A stretch of 64,000 nucleotides of DNA from an uncultured Actinomycetota bacterium (GTDB taxonomy: Bacteria > Actinomycetota > Actinomycetes > Propionibacteriales > Nocardioidaceae): the NCBI GenBank assembly GCA_963797325.1, contig CAWCPG010000024.1, positions 189 to 64,188 of the forward strand. The letters are read 5' to 3'. Of this stretch, positions 50,170 through 60,663 are shown piece by piece; position 1 is the stretch's first letter; every line of letters begins with the position of its first letter. Both the position numbers and the translations under genes were made by a program. The notes under the pieces were generated by a model. That model made no database searches and was not told the DNA's origin. It saw only the letters and a program-made list of their open reading frames with translations.

Positions 50170-50817
50170 TCCGCTCGTGACCCCGACGGCGCCGTTCAGG
50201 GCTGGAGACGGGGGGCGCTGGTCGCGACGGACGACCCGGACCAGGGCGTCGTACGCCGTGCGCGTGCTGCCGTCGGGCTGCGTGACCTCACGGGCCACCC
50301 GCTCCGCCCGTTCCACGTCGAAGGGTTCGCCGTCCAGGTCGCCGAGCACGTCCTCGGCCGTCATCAGCACGGCGGGATCCTGCGGGCCGCCGACGCCCTC
50401 GGTGAGGTTGGTGCTGTCGTGCGCGACCAGCAGGAGCGTGCCTCCCACGCGGACCGAGGCGAAGGCACCGCGCACCGCGGCACGTCGCTCGTCGGCGCGG
50501 AGCTGGAGGTACGCGACGACGCAGACGTCGTAGGAGCCGTCGCCGGGCCATGCGGTCGCGTCGGCGCAGACCCATGCGACCGGCAGGTCACCGGCCAGCG
50601 TCCGGCCCTTGTCGAGACCGGCCCGCGAGAAGTCGACGGCGGTGACCTGCCAGCCGCGCTCGGCCAGCCAGATCGCGTTGCGCCCTTCACCGGCGGCCAG
50701 GTCGAGAGCCCGGCCCGGCGGCAGGCCCGCCAGCTCGGCCTCGACGAACTGGTTGGGCCCACGCGACCAGACCAGCTCACTCTCGCGGTAGCGCGTGTCC
50801 CAGGCCTCGGCATCCAC
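50170..50817 (-). CDS. class I SAM-dependent methyltransferase; true 3' end uncertain
   Basis: AWDTRY..VWS.GPN, RALDLAAGEGRNAIWLAERGWQVTAVDFS, GVGGPQDP; the frame reads on into the convergent gene. Confidence 0.8.
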
Positions 50818-50935
50818 GTCGCGATTCAACCACCGCGTCCGACCCCCGGTCAGTGCCCCTCGTCCGATCGAGGCGATGCGGAGCGGATCCGGCTCCTGCA
50901 GATTGGGCCGGGATACGCTGCGCGCACGCGAAAGG

Positions 50936-51771
50936 ATGGCCGACGTGAACGTCCTCCTGGCGGCCGGCGTCACCGTGGTCATCACCGCGCTCACCGTGAC
51001 GGCCATGCTGCTCGTACGTCGACGGGCCCCCGAGGGCAGCTACTTCCAGGACGGCGACCGCGCATCGGGAGTCTTCGGCGTGCTCGCCACCGGCTTCTCG
51101 GTGCTGCTCGGCTTCATCATCTTCCTGGCGTTCTCGTCGTACGACGACTCGCGATCGGGCGCCGAGACGGAAGCGACCATCGTCGCCCAGCAGGTGCAGA
51201 CCGCCCAGTTCCTGCCCAGCCCGGCGTCCGCCGAGCTCACCGGTGAGCTCGACCTGCTACGCCCGGTCCGTCGCCGGGACCGAGTGGGACGCGCAGACGA
51301 GCGGCAGGCTGGGGGACTCCGATCAACCCGTGGGGCGTCGCGATGTACCACACGATCTCCCAGGTCCATCCCCGTGGCGACACCGAGCAGTCCGCCTACG
51401 ACCGGTGGATGGACCAGACCTCCCAGCGGGAGCAGGCACGCATCGACCGCGTGCACGGAGCCGAGGGCATCCTGCCGACGCCGCTGTGGCTGGCGCTGTT
51501 CGTGATCTGCGGCGTGATCTTCATCTACATGCTCTTCTTCGCCGACTCCGGGGAGGGCTGGCTGACGCAGGGCATGATGATGGGCAGCGTCACGATCGTG
51601 ATCTCGCTCCTGATGATGCTGCTGGTCTTCTTCAACCACCCGCACGGTGACGGGATCGGCAAGCTCCAACCGACCGCGATGCAACGGACCATCCGCCTCA
51701 TCGACGCCGAGGCCAAGGCTGCCGGCATCACCGTGACGGCACCCTGTGACGACCGTGGCGTCCCGCGCTGA
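50936..51771 (+). CDS. DUF4239/bestrophin-like membrane protein, frameshifted near 51250-51320
   Basis: FGVLATGFSVLLGFIIF..YD, YARSV..EW, R..R..GILPTPLWLAL, FNHP. Confidence 0.7.
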
Positions 51772-52404
51772 GGAGCCGCCGCCGGCCGAGCGGAACCGGC
51801 AGGAGCTGGTGGTCACGCTTCTGTTGGTCGTGGCAGCACTGGGCACGTCATGGAGCAGCTACCAGGCGACCCGCTGGAACGGGAGCAGGCCGCCGCCGCG
51901 AGCCGCACCAGCGCGGTCCGGATCAGCGCCGCGCGGGCCCAGGGGCTCTCGCAGGCGCAGACCCAGGTCGACGTAGCCACCTTCATCGCCTGGGCGGACG
52001 CGAACCGCCAGGGTGACGGCAAGCTGGCCGCGTTCTACGTCGACCGGTTCCGCCCCGAGTTCAAGCCCGCGTTCGTCGCCTGGCGGGCGACGAGGCCGTT
52101 CACGAACCCCGACGCTCCGCCGACCCCGTTCGCGATGCCGGAGTACGCGCTGGCCTCCAAGACGGACGCCGCGCAGCTCGACGCGGCGTCCGAGGCCGGG
52201 GCCGCACAGGTACGCCTCTACATCCAGCGGTCGAGCAACTACGTGCTGACCGTGGTGCTCTACGCCGTCGTCCTGTTCTTCGCCGGCATGAGCACGCGGC
52301 TCAAGAACCAGCGCCTCCGGTGGGTGATGACGCTGGCCGGGTGCGTCGTCCTCGTCGGCGCCCTCGCCTGGATCGCCACCTTCCCGGTGAGTCTCGCGGT
52401 CTGA
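51746..52404 (+). CDS. uncharacterised membrane protein (about 3 TM segments), frameshift near 51880
   Basis: ELVVTLLLVVAALGTSWSSYQATRWNG..RFRPEF.PAF.AW..PF.MPEY..NYVLTVVLYAVVLFFAG; overlaps the upstream gene. Confidence 0.7.
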
Positions 52405-52490
52405 CCCCGGTGCGGGGCCGAGACCGTACACGCGCCGTTCACCTCGATCCGAGATGATCCGCTCATGGACCACGCGGATCTGGGCGCGTC

Positions 52491-55400
52491 TTGACGCTGC
52501 TCCGCGCCGAACGGGCCGCGCCACCGAGGACCTTGGTCGACATCCTGCGGAGCACGACCGACGAGCATCCCGACGCCGCCGCCCTCGACAACGGCGCCGA
52601 GGTGCTCACCTACACCGAGCTCCTCGAGCGGGCCGGTGAGCTGGCCTCGCTGCTGGGGGAGGCCGGCGTCGGGCGCGGCAGCCGGGTCGGGATCCGGATC
52701 CGGTCCGGCACCACCGAGCTGTACGTCGCCATCGCGGCGGTCCTGCTCGCCGGAGCGGCGTACGTCCCCGTGGACGCCGACGACCCCGACGACCGCGCCC
52801 GCACGGTGTTCGCCGAGGCCGCCGTCGACGCGGTGATCCGCGACGGGTTCGCGATCGAGCGGGTTGCGGGCGACGGCCGGGCGGTGCCCGCCGAGCCGGA
52901 CCCGGCCGACGACGCGTGGATCATCTTCACCTCCGGCTCGACCGGCAAGCCGAAGGGCGTCGCCGTCACCCACCGCTCCGCGGCCGCCTTCATCGACGCC
53001 GAGGCCCGCCTCTATCTCCAGGACGCACCCCTCGGACCGGGCGACCGGGTGATGGCGGGACTGTCGGTCGGCTTCGACGCCTCGTGCGAGGAGATCTGGC
53101 TGGCCTGGGCGTACGGCGCGTGCCTGGTGCCGGCCCCGCGGTCGCTGGTCCGCAGTGGCATGGACCTCGGACCCTGGCTGATGGCCAACGACGTGAACGT
53201 GGTCTCCACGGTGCCGACCCTGGTCTCGCTGTGGCCGACGGAGGCGATGGACGAGGTCAGGCTGCTCATCCTCGGCGGCGAGGCCTGCCCGCCGGAGATC
53301 GGGGAGCGGCTCGCGACCGGCGACCGTGAGGTGTGGAACACCTACGGACCGACCGAGGCCACGGTGGTCTCCTGCGGCGCCCGCCTCACCGGCGAGGGAC
53401 CGGTGCGGATCGGGCTGCCCCTCGACGGCTGGGACCTCGCCGTGGTCGACGGCGAGGGGGCTCCGGTGGAGGCGGGTGGCAGCGGCGAGCTGATCATCGG
53501 CGGGGTCGGCCTGGCGCGCTACCTCGACCCGGAGCTCGACCGGGAGCGGTTCGCGCCGATGCCCGGGCTGGGCTGGGACCGTGCCTACCGCAGCGGTGAC
53601 CTGGTCCGCTACGACGCCGAGGGGCTGGTGTTCCTCGGCAGGGCCGACGACCAGGTCAAGCTCGGCGGGCGCCGGATCGAGCTCGGCGAGGTCGACAACG
53701 CGCTGCTGGCCCTCCCCGGGGTGACGGGCGCGGCCGCCGCCGTACGTACCACCCGATCCGGGAACAAGATCCTGGTCGGCTACCTCGCCACGGGTCCGGA
53801 CTTCGACGCCCGGGCCTCCGTGGCGCACCTCCGGGAGACTCTCCCGGCCCCGCTCGTCCCGCGTCTGGTCGTCGTGGACACGGTGCCGACCAAGACCTCC
53901 GGCAAGGTCGACCGGGACGCCTTGCCGTGGCCGGCGACCAGTGTCGGCAGCGGCTCCGCGCCGAAGCTGGACGGCACCGCCGCCTGGGTGCACGAGCTCT
54001 GGACCGACCTGCTCGGTGCCGAGGTCGAGGACCCGGACGCCGACTTCTTCGACCTCGGAGGCAGCAGCCTGACCGCGGCCCAGCTCGTCTCCCGCCTCCG
54101 GAGCCGCTTCCCCGAGGTCACCGTCGCCGATGTCTACGAGTCACCCACCCTGGGTGGGCTGGCGACGGCCCTCGACGCGCTGGCGAGCCCGGCGGCGACC
54201 GCGAACCGCACGGTCTCGCCGGTCCCGGTCAAGACGCAGCTGGGGCAGGCCCTCTTCACCGTCCCGCTCCGCACCCTGACCGGGCTGCGCTGGCTCGTGT
54301 GGACCGCCGCCGTGGCGAACCTGGCCGGCAGCCTCTGGGGTCTGGACTGGCTGCCGACCACGTCGTGGTGGCTGGTCGGGTCGGGCTGGCTGCTCCTGAT
54401 CAGCCCTCCGGGGCGACTGCTCGTCGGTGCCGTCGGTGCCCGGGTCGTGCTCCGTGGCGTCGGGCCGGGCACCTACCCGCGGGGCGGCAAGTCCCATCTG
54501 CGGATCTGGCTGGCCGAGCGACTCACCGACGAGGCCGGCGTGCTCAACCTCGCGGGCGCACCGGCACTGAAGCTCTACGCGCGGGCGCTCGGTGCCACCG
54601 TCGACCGGCACGTCGACCTCCACTCGGTGCCGCCGGTGACCGGCCTGCTCACCCTCGGGAAGGGCAGCTCGGTCGAGGCCGAGGTGGACCTCGCCGGCTA
54701 CTGGCTGGACGGCGACGTCCTCCACGTCGGCAGCATCACGGTCGGCCGGAACGCCCGGATCGGCACCCGCAGCACGCTCTGCCCGGGAGCGGTGATCGGC
54801 GACTCGGCCGAGGTCGGGGCCGGCTCGGCGGTCTTCGGGGAGGTGCCGGCCGGGGAGTACTGGTCGGGCGCACCGGCCGTCCGTGCCGCCGTCGCGCGTG
54901 GTCCCTGGTCGGACGTCGTCCCGGAGAACCACGCGCGCTGGGTCGTGGCGTACGCCGCCTCCGCAGTGGGCATCTCGCTCCTGCCGCTGGTGGCGACGGC
55001 CTGCGGCCTGCTGGCGGTCTCGCCGTGGCTGCGCGACACGACGTCGGTGGGCGACGCGTTCGGGACCACGGCGGCCGTGCTGCCGCTGGCCACGGTCGTC
55101 GGGCTCGCGGTGCTGGCGCTCCTGGTCGTCGTCGGCGTGCGCCTGTGGGCGATCGGGCTCCGCCCCGGCCACCACCCGGTGCACGGACTGCGGGCCTGGC
55201 AGGCCTGGTCCACGCTGCGGCTGCTCGACGAGGCACGGGGCTGGCTCTACCCGCTCTACGCGAGCACGCTGACACCCAGCTGGCTGCGGGCGCTCGGAGC
55301 CGAGATCGGCGACGAGGTCGAGGCGTCCACGGTGCTGCTGATCCCCAAGCTCACCTCGGTCAACGACGGCGCGTTCCTGGCCGACGACACGCTGCTCGGT

Positions 55401-56354
55401 GGCTACGAGCTGGGCGGCGGCTGGCTCCGGGTCGACGAGGTGAAGATCGGCAAGCACGCGTTCCTGGGCAACTCGGGGATGGCCGCTCCGGGCCGCAAGG
55501 TCCCCAAGCGGGGCCTGGTGGCCGTGCTGTCGGCCGCTCCCCGTCGTACGAAGGCCAAGGCGGGCATGTCGTGGATCGGCAGCCCGCCCACGAAGCTGCG
55601 TCGGCCCGCCGGCGACGTGGACGAGACGCGGACCTACCGGCCGCCCACCCGCCTCAAGGTGGCGCGGGCCCTGGTCGAGGTGTGCCGGCTGGTCCCGGTG
55701 ATGATCCACTTCCTGCTCGTGGCCTCGGTGGCGGCCGCACTGCTGGAGCTGTGGCTCGACGTCGGCTGGTGGGCGGCCGCCCTGCTCAGCGGACTCGTGC
55801 TGATGGTGGTCGGCGCCCTCGCCGCCGCGATCGCGACCGCGGCCAAGTGGGCCCTGGTCGGTCGGATCGGGGTGACGGAGCATCCGCTGTGGAGCAGCTT
55901 CGTGTGGCGCAACGAGCTGGCCGACACGTTCGTCGAGATGGTGGCCGCGCCGTGGTTCGCCCGCCCGACCACCGGCACCTGGGTCCTCAACGTCTGGCTG
56001 CGCTCCCTCGGCGCGCGCGTGGGACGCGGCGTCTGGTGCGAGACCTACTGGCTGCCCGAGGCCGACCTGATCGAGCTGCGGGACGGCGTGACCGTGAACC
56101 GGGGGTGCGTTGTGCAGACGCACCTGTTCCATGATCGGATGATGAGCATGGACGTCGTGAGCCTGCGGGCCGGCTCGACCCTCGGACCCAACAGCGTGAT
56201 CCTCCCCGCGGCCGTGCTGGGCAAGCACGCCACCGTGGGTCCGGTGTCGCTGGTGATGCGGGGCGAGTCCGTGCCCAGCAAGACCCGGTGGATCGGCAAC
56301 CCGATCGGTCCGTGGGCCGACCCCCAGGACGTCGCCGACGGCAGCGCCCGTTGA
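52491..56354 (+). CDS. pls: Pls/PosA family membrane-bound single-module NRPS-like homopoly(amino acid) synthetase
   Basis: A domain (IFTSGSTGKPKG, FDASCEEIW, NTYGPTE, YRSGD, SGKVDR), T domain (DFFDLGGSSL), then TM segments alternating with three hexapeptide-repeat C-like domains (..QTHLFHDR). Confidence 0.92.
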   Translation: MTLLRAERAAPPRTLVDILRSTTDEHPDAAALDNGAEVLTYTELLERAGELASLLGEAGVGRGSRVGIRIRSGTTELYVAIAAVLLAGAAYVPVDADDPDDRARTVFAEAAVDAVIRDGFAIERVAGDGRAVPAEPDPADDAWIIFTSGSTGKPKGVAVTHRSAAAFIDAEARLYLQDAPLGPGDRVMAGLSVGFDASCEEIWLAWAYGACLVPAPRSLVRSGMDLGPWLMANDVNVVSTVPTLVSLWPTEAMDEVRLLILGGEACPPEIGERLATGDREVWNTYGPTEATVVSCGARLTGEGPVRIGLPLDGWDLAVVDGEGAPVEAGGSGELIIGGVGLARYLDPELDRERFAPMPGLGWDRAYRSGDLVRYDAEGLVFLGRADDQVKLGGRRIELGEVDNALLALPGVTGAAAAVRTTRSGNKILVGYLATGPDFDARASVAHLRETLPAPLVPRLVVVDTVPTKTSGKVDRDALPWPATSVGSGSAPKLDGTAAWVHELWTDLLGAEVEDPDADFFDLGGSSLTAAQLVSRLRSRFPEVTVADVYESPTLGGLATALDALASPAATANRTVSPVPVKTQLGQALFTVPLRTLTGLRWLVWTAAVANLAGSLWGLDWLPTTSWWLVGSGWLLLISPPGRLLVGAVGARVVLRGVGPGTYPRGGKSHLRIWLAERLTDEAGVLNLAGAPALKLYARALGATVDRHVDLHSVPPVTGLLTLGKGSSVEAEVDLAGYWLDGDVLHVGSITVGRNARIGTRSTLCPGAVIGDSAEVGAGSAVFGEVPAGEYWSGAPAVRAAVARGPWSDVVPENHARWVVAYAASAVGISLLPLVATACGLLAVSPWLRDTTSVGDAFGTTAAVLPLATVVGLAVLALLVVVGVRLWAIGLRPGHHPVHGLRAWQAWSTLRLLDEARGWLYPLYASTLTPSWLRALGAEIGDEVEASTVLLIPKLTSVNDGAFLADDTLLGGYELGGGWLRVDEVKIGKHAFLGNSGMAAPGRKVPKRGLVAVLSAAPRRTKAKAGMSWIGSPPTKLRRPAGDVDETRTYRPPTRLKVARALVEVCRLVPVMIHFLLVASVAAALLELWLDVGWWAAALLSGLVLMVVGALAAAIATAAKWALVGRIGVTEHPLWSSFVWRNELADTFVEMVAAPWFARPTTGTWVLNVWLRSLGARVGRGVWCETYWLPEADLIELRDGVTVNRGCVVQTHLFHDRMMSMDVVSLRAGSTLGPNSVILPAAVLGKHATVGPVSLVMRGESVPSKTRWIGNPIGPWADPQDVADGSAR

Positions 56355-57670
56355 GCCAGCGCCCGACCGGACCCGCCGACGACTACGTCCCCGGGCACGG
56401 TGACCTCCGCTACGAGGTGCTGTCCTACACCCTGACGCTGCGCTACGGCGTGGAGGACAACCGCCTGACCGGGCGCGCCGTCCTGCGCTGCCGGGTGGCG
56501 GAGGACACCGACCGCCTCGCCCTCGACCTGCACCACCTGTCGGTCTCGAAGGTGACCGTCGACGGCCGGCGGCCGGCCAAGTACACCCATCGCGGCGGGC
56601 GGCTGGAGATCCGCCTCCAGCGACCGGCCGCGGTCGGCGACGAGCTCACGGTGGCCGTGGGCTACAGCGGCCATCCGGCGCCCGTGGGCGGACCGCTCGG
56701 TGACGCCGGCTGGGAGGAGCTCGCCGACGGCGTGATCGTGGCCGCGCAGCCGCACGGCGCCCCGTCGTGGTTCCCGTGCAACGACCGGCCGTCCGACAAG
56801 GCGTCGTACGTCGTCGAGCTCACCGCGCCGACGGCCTACCACGTGCTCTGCAACGGTGCGCTCCTCGAGCAGCGCCGCGGTGCGAGCACGACGACCTGGC
56901 GCTACGAGCAGTCCGAGCCGATGGCGACCTACCTCGCGACCGCGCAGATCGGCCGCTACACGGTGCGCCGCCTGGCGGACGAGCCGGTGCCGGTCGAGAT
57001 CGTCTTCCCGGACGCGCTCCGAGACCGCTCGGACGGGCCGTTCGCGCGGCAGGGCGAGATGATGAGCCTCTTCGTGCGGCTGTTCGGCGACTACCCGTTC
57101 GCCGCGCCGTACCGGTCGGTGGTGACCGAGGACGACCTGGAGATCCCGCTCGAGGCCCAGGGCCTGTCGATCTTCGGCGCCAACTTCCTCGAGGACGACT
57201 GGTCCACCGAGCGGCTGGTGGCCCACGAGCTCTCCCACCAGTGGTTCGGCAACAGCCTGACCATCCGGAGCTGGCGCGACATCTGGATGCACGAGGGCTT
57301 CGCCTGCTACAGCGAGTGGCTCTGGTCGGAGGAGTCGGGCCGGGAGTCCGCGGACGCCCAGGCCCGCGAGCACTGGAAGCGGCTCGACGACCTGCCCCAG
57401 GACCTGCTCCTCGGCGACCCCGGGGCCGACGACATGTTCGACGACCGCGTCTACAAGCGGGGTGCTCTCCTGCTCCATGCCCTGCGGCTGACGCTGGGTG
57501 ACGACCGGTTCTTCGAGCTCCTGCGCACCTGGGTGGCGACGCACCGGCACGGCTCCGTCGACCGCGGGGAGCTCACCGAGCTGGTCGTGCAGGTCGGCGG
57601 CAGCGCCGGTGCGGAGCTCCTGGCGGCGTGGCTCGACGAGCTCAGCCTGCCCGAGCTCCCGCCGGCCTGA
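56351..57670 (+). CDS. M1 family zinc aminopeptidase
   Basis: WFPCNDRPSDKA, PMATYL, HELSHQWFGN..WMHEG (HEXXH-X18-E), YKRGA; TTGA overlap with pls. Confidence 0.93.
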   Translation: MSQRPTGPADDYVPGHGDLRYEVLSYTLTLRYGVEDNRLTGRAVLRCRVAEDTDRLALDLHHLSVSKVTVDGRRPAKYTHRGGRLEIRLQRPAAVGDELTVAVGYSGHPAPVGGPLGDAGWEELADGVIVAAQPHGAPSWFPCNDRPSDKASYVVELTAPTAYHVLCNGALLEQRRGASTTTWRYEQSEPMATYLATAQIGRYTVRRLADEPVPVEIVFPDALRDRSDGPFARQGEMMSLFVRLFGDYPFAAPYRSVVTEDDLEIPLEAQGLSIFGANFLEDDWSTERLVAHELSHQWFGNSLTIRSWRDIWMHEGFACYSEWLWSEESGRESADAQAREHWKRLDDLPQDLLLGDPGADDMFDDRVYKRGALLLHALRLTLGDDRFFELLRTWVATHRHGSVDRGELTELVVQVGGSAGAELLAAWLDELSLPELPPA

Positions 57671-58211
57671 TCACGGCGACGGCTCCGACGTACTCCCCGG
57701 CCAGGGGCAGGTCCGCGAGCCAGCACCGGTCGGGCTCGGGGAGCCGCTCGTCCCACGAGACGACCCGACGGTCCTCGTCGATCCGGACCTGCCGCGGATC
57801 GAGGGCGAGGCCCCAGCCCGTGGCCTTGAGCAGCGCCTCCTTGCGGACCCAGGTCTGCGTCGGCTCGCTGCAGCGCTCCTGCGGATGGAGCGCGACCTCC
57901 TCGAAGCCGGGGAAGCGAGCACGGCCGGCGCGCTCGATGTCGACGCCGACCGGTCCCGTCGTACTCACGGCGGCCAGGGCCACGCCGGGTGCGCGGCTGA
58001 GGCTGAGGTGTACGACGTCGCCCGCCACGCACGGCTGACCGTGGCTCGTGCTGCCACACCGCCGGCAGCGACGGCCGACCGGTAGGGGCCGACCCACGTG
58101 CCAGGTCACCAGGTCGGCGAGCAGCCGGTCGGCGGCCGCGCGCTCGGTGGCCGGCCGCCAGGCGACACGGAGGAGCGGCGGTCGCCGCTCAGCCGACCCG
58201 ATGCCGCTCAC
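57642..58211 (-). CDS. 4'-phosphopantetheinyl transferase (Sfp-type, actinobacterial CxxC..HGxP form)
   Basis: CRRCGSTSHGQP, LSLSR, PVGVDIE, WVRKEALLKATGWGL; GTG start inside the 3' end of the CHAD gene. Confidence 0.85.
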   Translation of the reverse strand: MSGIGSAERRPPLLRVAWRPATERAAADRLLADLVTWHVGRPLPVGRRCRRCGSTSHGQPCVAGDVVHLSLSRAPGVALAAVSTTGPVGVDIERAGRARFPGFEEVALHPQERCSEPTQTWVRKEALLKATGWGLALDPRQVRIDEDRRVVSWDERLPEPDRCWLADLPLAGEYVGAVAVIRPAGARAG

Positions 58212-59727
58212 GAGCCCGCACGGAGCTCCGCCAGGCCCGATCGAACTCCCGCGCGGTGTCGCCGGCACGGGCCTCGACCCGCGCATGGAGGAGCCCGTAG
58301 GTGAACGCGTTCTCGGCTGCCGCGGCGGCGTGGTCGCCCAGCTCGAGGAGCGCCGCCTGGGCCTCGGTCCGGTCGTGGTGGTCGCCGAGCACGGTCTGGA
58401 TCTGCTCGTGCGCACGCACCATCCGCGTCGCGTCCTTGCCGTAGAGCGGGACGAGCGACTCCGCCGCGTAGCGGACACGCTTGGCCGCCTTCCGTACGCC
58501 GTGCATGAGGTCGGCGTGCGTCGCCCCGGCGTCGGCGGGGGTCGATCGGGAGACGACCCGGACGCGGCCGCGGAGCCGCTTCCAGTCCCGGTCGAGGCTC
58601 TGGGGGAGGACTCGCCGGACCTGCTGGTGCGCGAGCTCGGTCCAGGGCGGCTCGTCGGCGAACGCGACGAGACGGTCGACGAGATCGAAGTAGCGGGGCG
58701 AGACCAGCCCCATGATCAGTTCTGCCCGGGCCGCGTCGTACTGCGCGCGGACGTCGTGGTCGATGCGGGCCGCGACGGGGCCGCGGACCAGGTCCGGGGG
58801 CTCCTCGGCGACCAGGCCCCGGAGCACCTCCCCGAGGACCTCGGCGTCGCGGGGGCCGCCGAGCAGCGCGGCGAGCCAGCCGAGCTCGTCGCGCAGCGGC
58901 CCGGCGACGTCGCCGTCGAGGAACGGGCGATAGCTGGCCAGGGCGTGGCGCAGCCGGCGGACCGTGACGCGCATGTCGTGCACGGCCTCGGGGGCATCGT
59001 GACGCACCCACGGGTCGAGCCGGCGTAGGGCGCCCACCTGCTCGACGAGCCGGAGCTGGACCACCGCCGAGGCGGGCCCCTTCCTCGTCGGCGTCGGCAG
59101 CGCCGGACGCGTCTCGGCGACGAGCCGGTCGCCGAGGGCGCGGGCCAGCTTGGACGGGCTGTCCGAAGGCCGGGCCCCCGCCGCTGTCAGCAGCCCTCCG
59201 GCCCGCTCGAGCAGCGAACGGCTGCCGGCCACGAGCTCGACCTCCGCCTCGCGCCAGGTGGTCAGCACCGGTCCGGGTGCCTCCGGGTCGACCGACTCGG
59301 CCGACACCCGGTCGTCGCTGACCTCCGCCAGCACGGTCCCCGTCTTGTCGTGCAGCCGGTGCACGACCCGGTCGGTGTGGATCGTCACGACCGCCGACAG
59401 CCGCTGGTCTCGCGCGAGCCCGGCCACCACCTGCCGGAGCGCCACCGGGGGAGTGCGGACGGCCCGTCCCAGGGGAACGGTGATCTCCAGCCGCGCCCCG
59501 GCCATCGGCAGCTTCACGTGCCAGCCGGCGTCCTCTCCGCCGGTGCGCCGACGCAGCACGACCCCGGCGGTGGCGAGCGCCAGGTCGGGAGTGTCGAAGT
59601 AGGTCGCCGCGAGCTCCTGCTCGGCGGTCGAGACGGACCGCACGCGAGGCAGCGCGCAGAAGTCGGGGAGCAGGTGGGAGTGGTCCAGGTCGTACTTGTC
59701 CTCGACCTCGCGGTGGTCGGCCGTCAT
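58189..59727 (-). CDS. CYTH and CHAD domain-containing protein
   Basis: REVEDKY, ATYFDT.DL.L, LRRRTGG.DAGWH.K, WREAEVE, AVHDMRVTVRRLR, RDAEVL, HGVRKAAKRVRY, QTVLGDHHD. Confidence 0.92.
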   Translation of the reverse strand: MTADHREVEDKYDLDHSHLLPDFCALPRVRSVSTAEQELAATYFDTPDLALATAGVVLRRRTGGEDAGWHVKLPMAGARLEITVPLGRAVRTPPVALRQVVAGLARDQRLSAVVTIHTDRVVHRLHDKTGTVLAEVSDDRVSAESVDPEAPGPVLTTWREAEVELVAGSRSLLERAGGLLTAAGARPSDSPSKLARALGDRLVAETRPALPTPTRKGPASAVVQLRLVEQVGALRRLDPWVRHDAPEAVHDMRVTVRRLRHALASYRPFLDGDVAGPLRDELGWLAALLGGPRDAEVLGEVLRGLVAEEPPDLVRGPVAARIDHDVRAQYDAARAELIMGLVSPRYFDLVDRLVAFADEPPWTELAHQQVRRVLPQSLDRDWKRLRGRVRVVSRSTPADAGATHADLMHGVRKAAKRVRYAAESLVPLYGKDATRMVRAHEQIQTVLGDHHDRTEAQAALLELGDHAAAAAENAFTYGLLHARVEARAGDTAREFDRAWRSSVRARERHRVG

Positions 59728-59930
59728 GCGCTGTTCCTACTCGCCGTACGCGAACAGGCCGAGCTCCCGTCGGGTCCTGTCACTGCCTGTGGTCACTGTG
59801 CCCGGTGCCGGGGCGTCCAGAGTCACCCGTGGGGGGTGATTCGGAGGAGCTCAGCCGGAGGACGATGGCCGGGGAGTCGCCGCCAGGGGGCGGACGCTCC
59901 CAGCGACCCGACGGACAGAGGATCGACACG

Positions 59931-60605
59931 ATGGGACAGGGCATCAGTGCCATCCTGGGCTTCGCCGTCGGCGTGGCGGTCAGCCCGGTGCCGATCATCG
60001 CGGTGATCCTGATGCTGTTCTCGCAGCGGGCGCGGGTCAACGGCCCGCTCTTCCTGCTCGGCTGGGTGGTGGCCCTGGTCGTGGTCAGCGGGGTCGCCTA
60101 CGCAGTGGCCGACGGGAGCGACGCCTCGACGAGCACCACGACGTCCGACTCGATCGCGTGGGGCAAGATCGTCTTCGGCCTCCTCTTCCTCGTGCTGGCC
60201 GTCCGGACGTGGCGCAAGCGGCCGGCGCCGGGTGCCGAGGCTGCCATGCCCGCGTGGATGGCCGGTATCGACGGCTTCACGCCCGCCAAGGCGCTCGGCT
60301 TCGGCGTCCTCCTCTCGGGCGTGAACCCCAAGAACCTGATGCTCGCGATCGCCGCCGGCACCGCCGTCGCCACCCTCGGACTGCCGACCGGACAGGTCGT
60401 CGCCTCCCTCCTGGTGTTCGTGGTCCTGGCCAGCCTGACCATCGCGGCCCCGGTCTGCTACTACCTGTTCGGCGGCCAGAAGGCCGAGCACGCACTGACG
60501 GAGCTCAGGACGTGGCTGTCGATCCACAACGACGCGGTGATGACGGTGCTCTTCCTGGTGCTCGGCGTCGACCTGATCGCGAAGGGGCTGCCACCGATCA
60601 CGTGA
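59931..60605 (+). CDS. GAP (Sap/DUF2910) family membrane protein
   Basis: [35 protein letters not shown]. Confidence 0.85.
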   Translation: MGQGISAILGFAVGVAVSPVPIIAVILMLFSQRARVNGPLFLLGWVVALVVVSGVAYAVADGSDASTSTTTSDSIAWGKIVFGLLFLVLAVRTWRKRPAPGAEAAMPAWMAGIDGFTPAKALGFGVLLSGVNPKNLMLAIAAGTAVATLGLPTGQVVASLLVFVVLASLTIAAPVCYYLFGGQKAEHALTELRTWLSIHNDAVMTVLFLVLGVDLIAKGLPPIT

Positions 60606-60663
60606 CGTGGGGCCACCACGTGCGTGGTTGGGTGGGTCGGGTCGCAGGCGAGAGGTGGCGGTG

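Noticed and set aside
59738-59800. 19-codon uORF (MTTGSDRTRRELGLFAYGE) before the CYTH-CHAD gene
   Set aside because: It has no clear RBS or promoter and no family resemblance; such short frames arise by chance.
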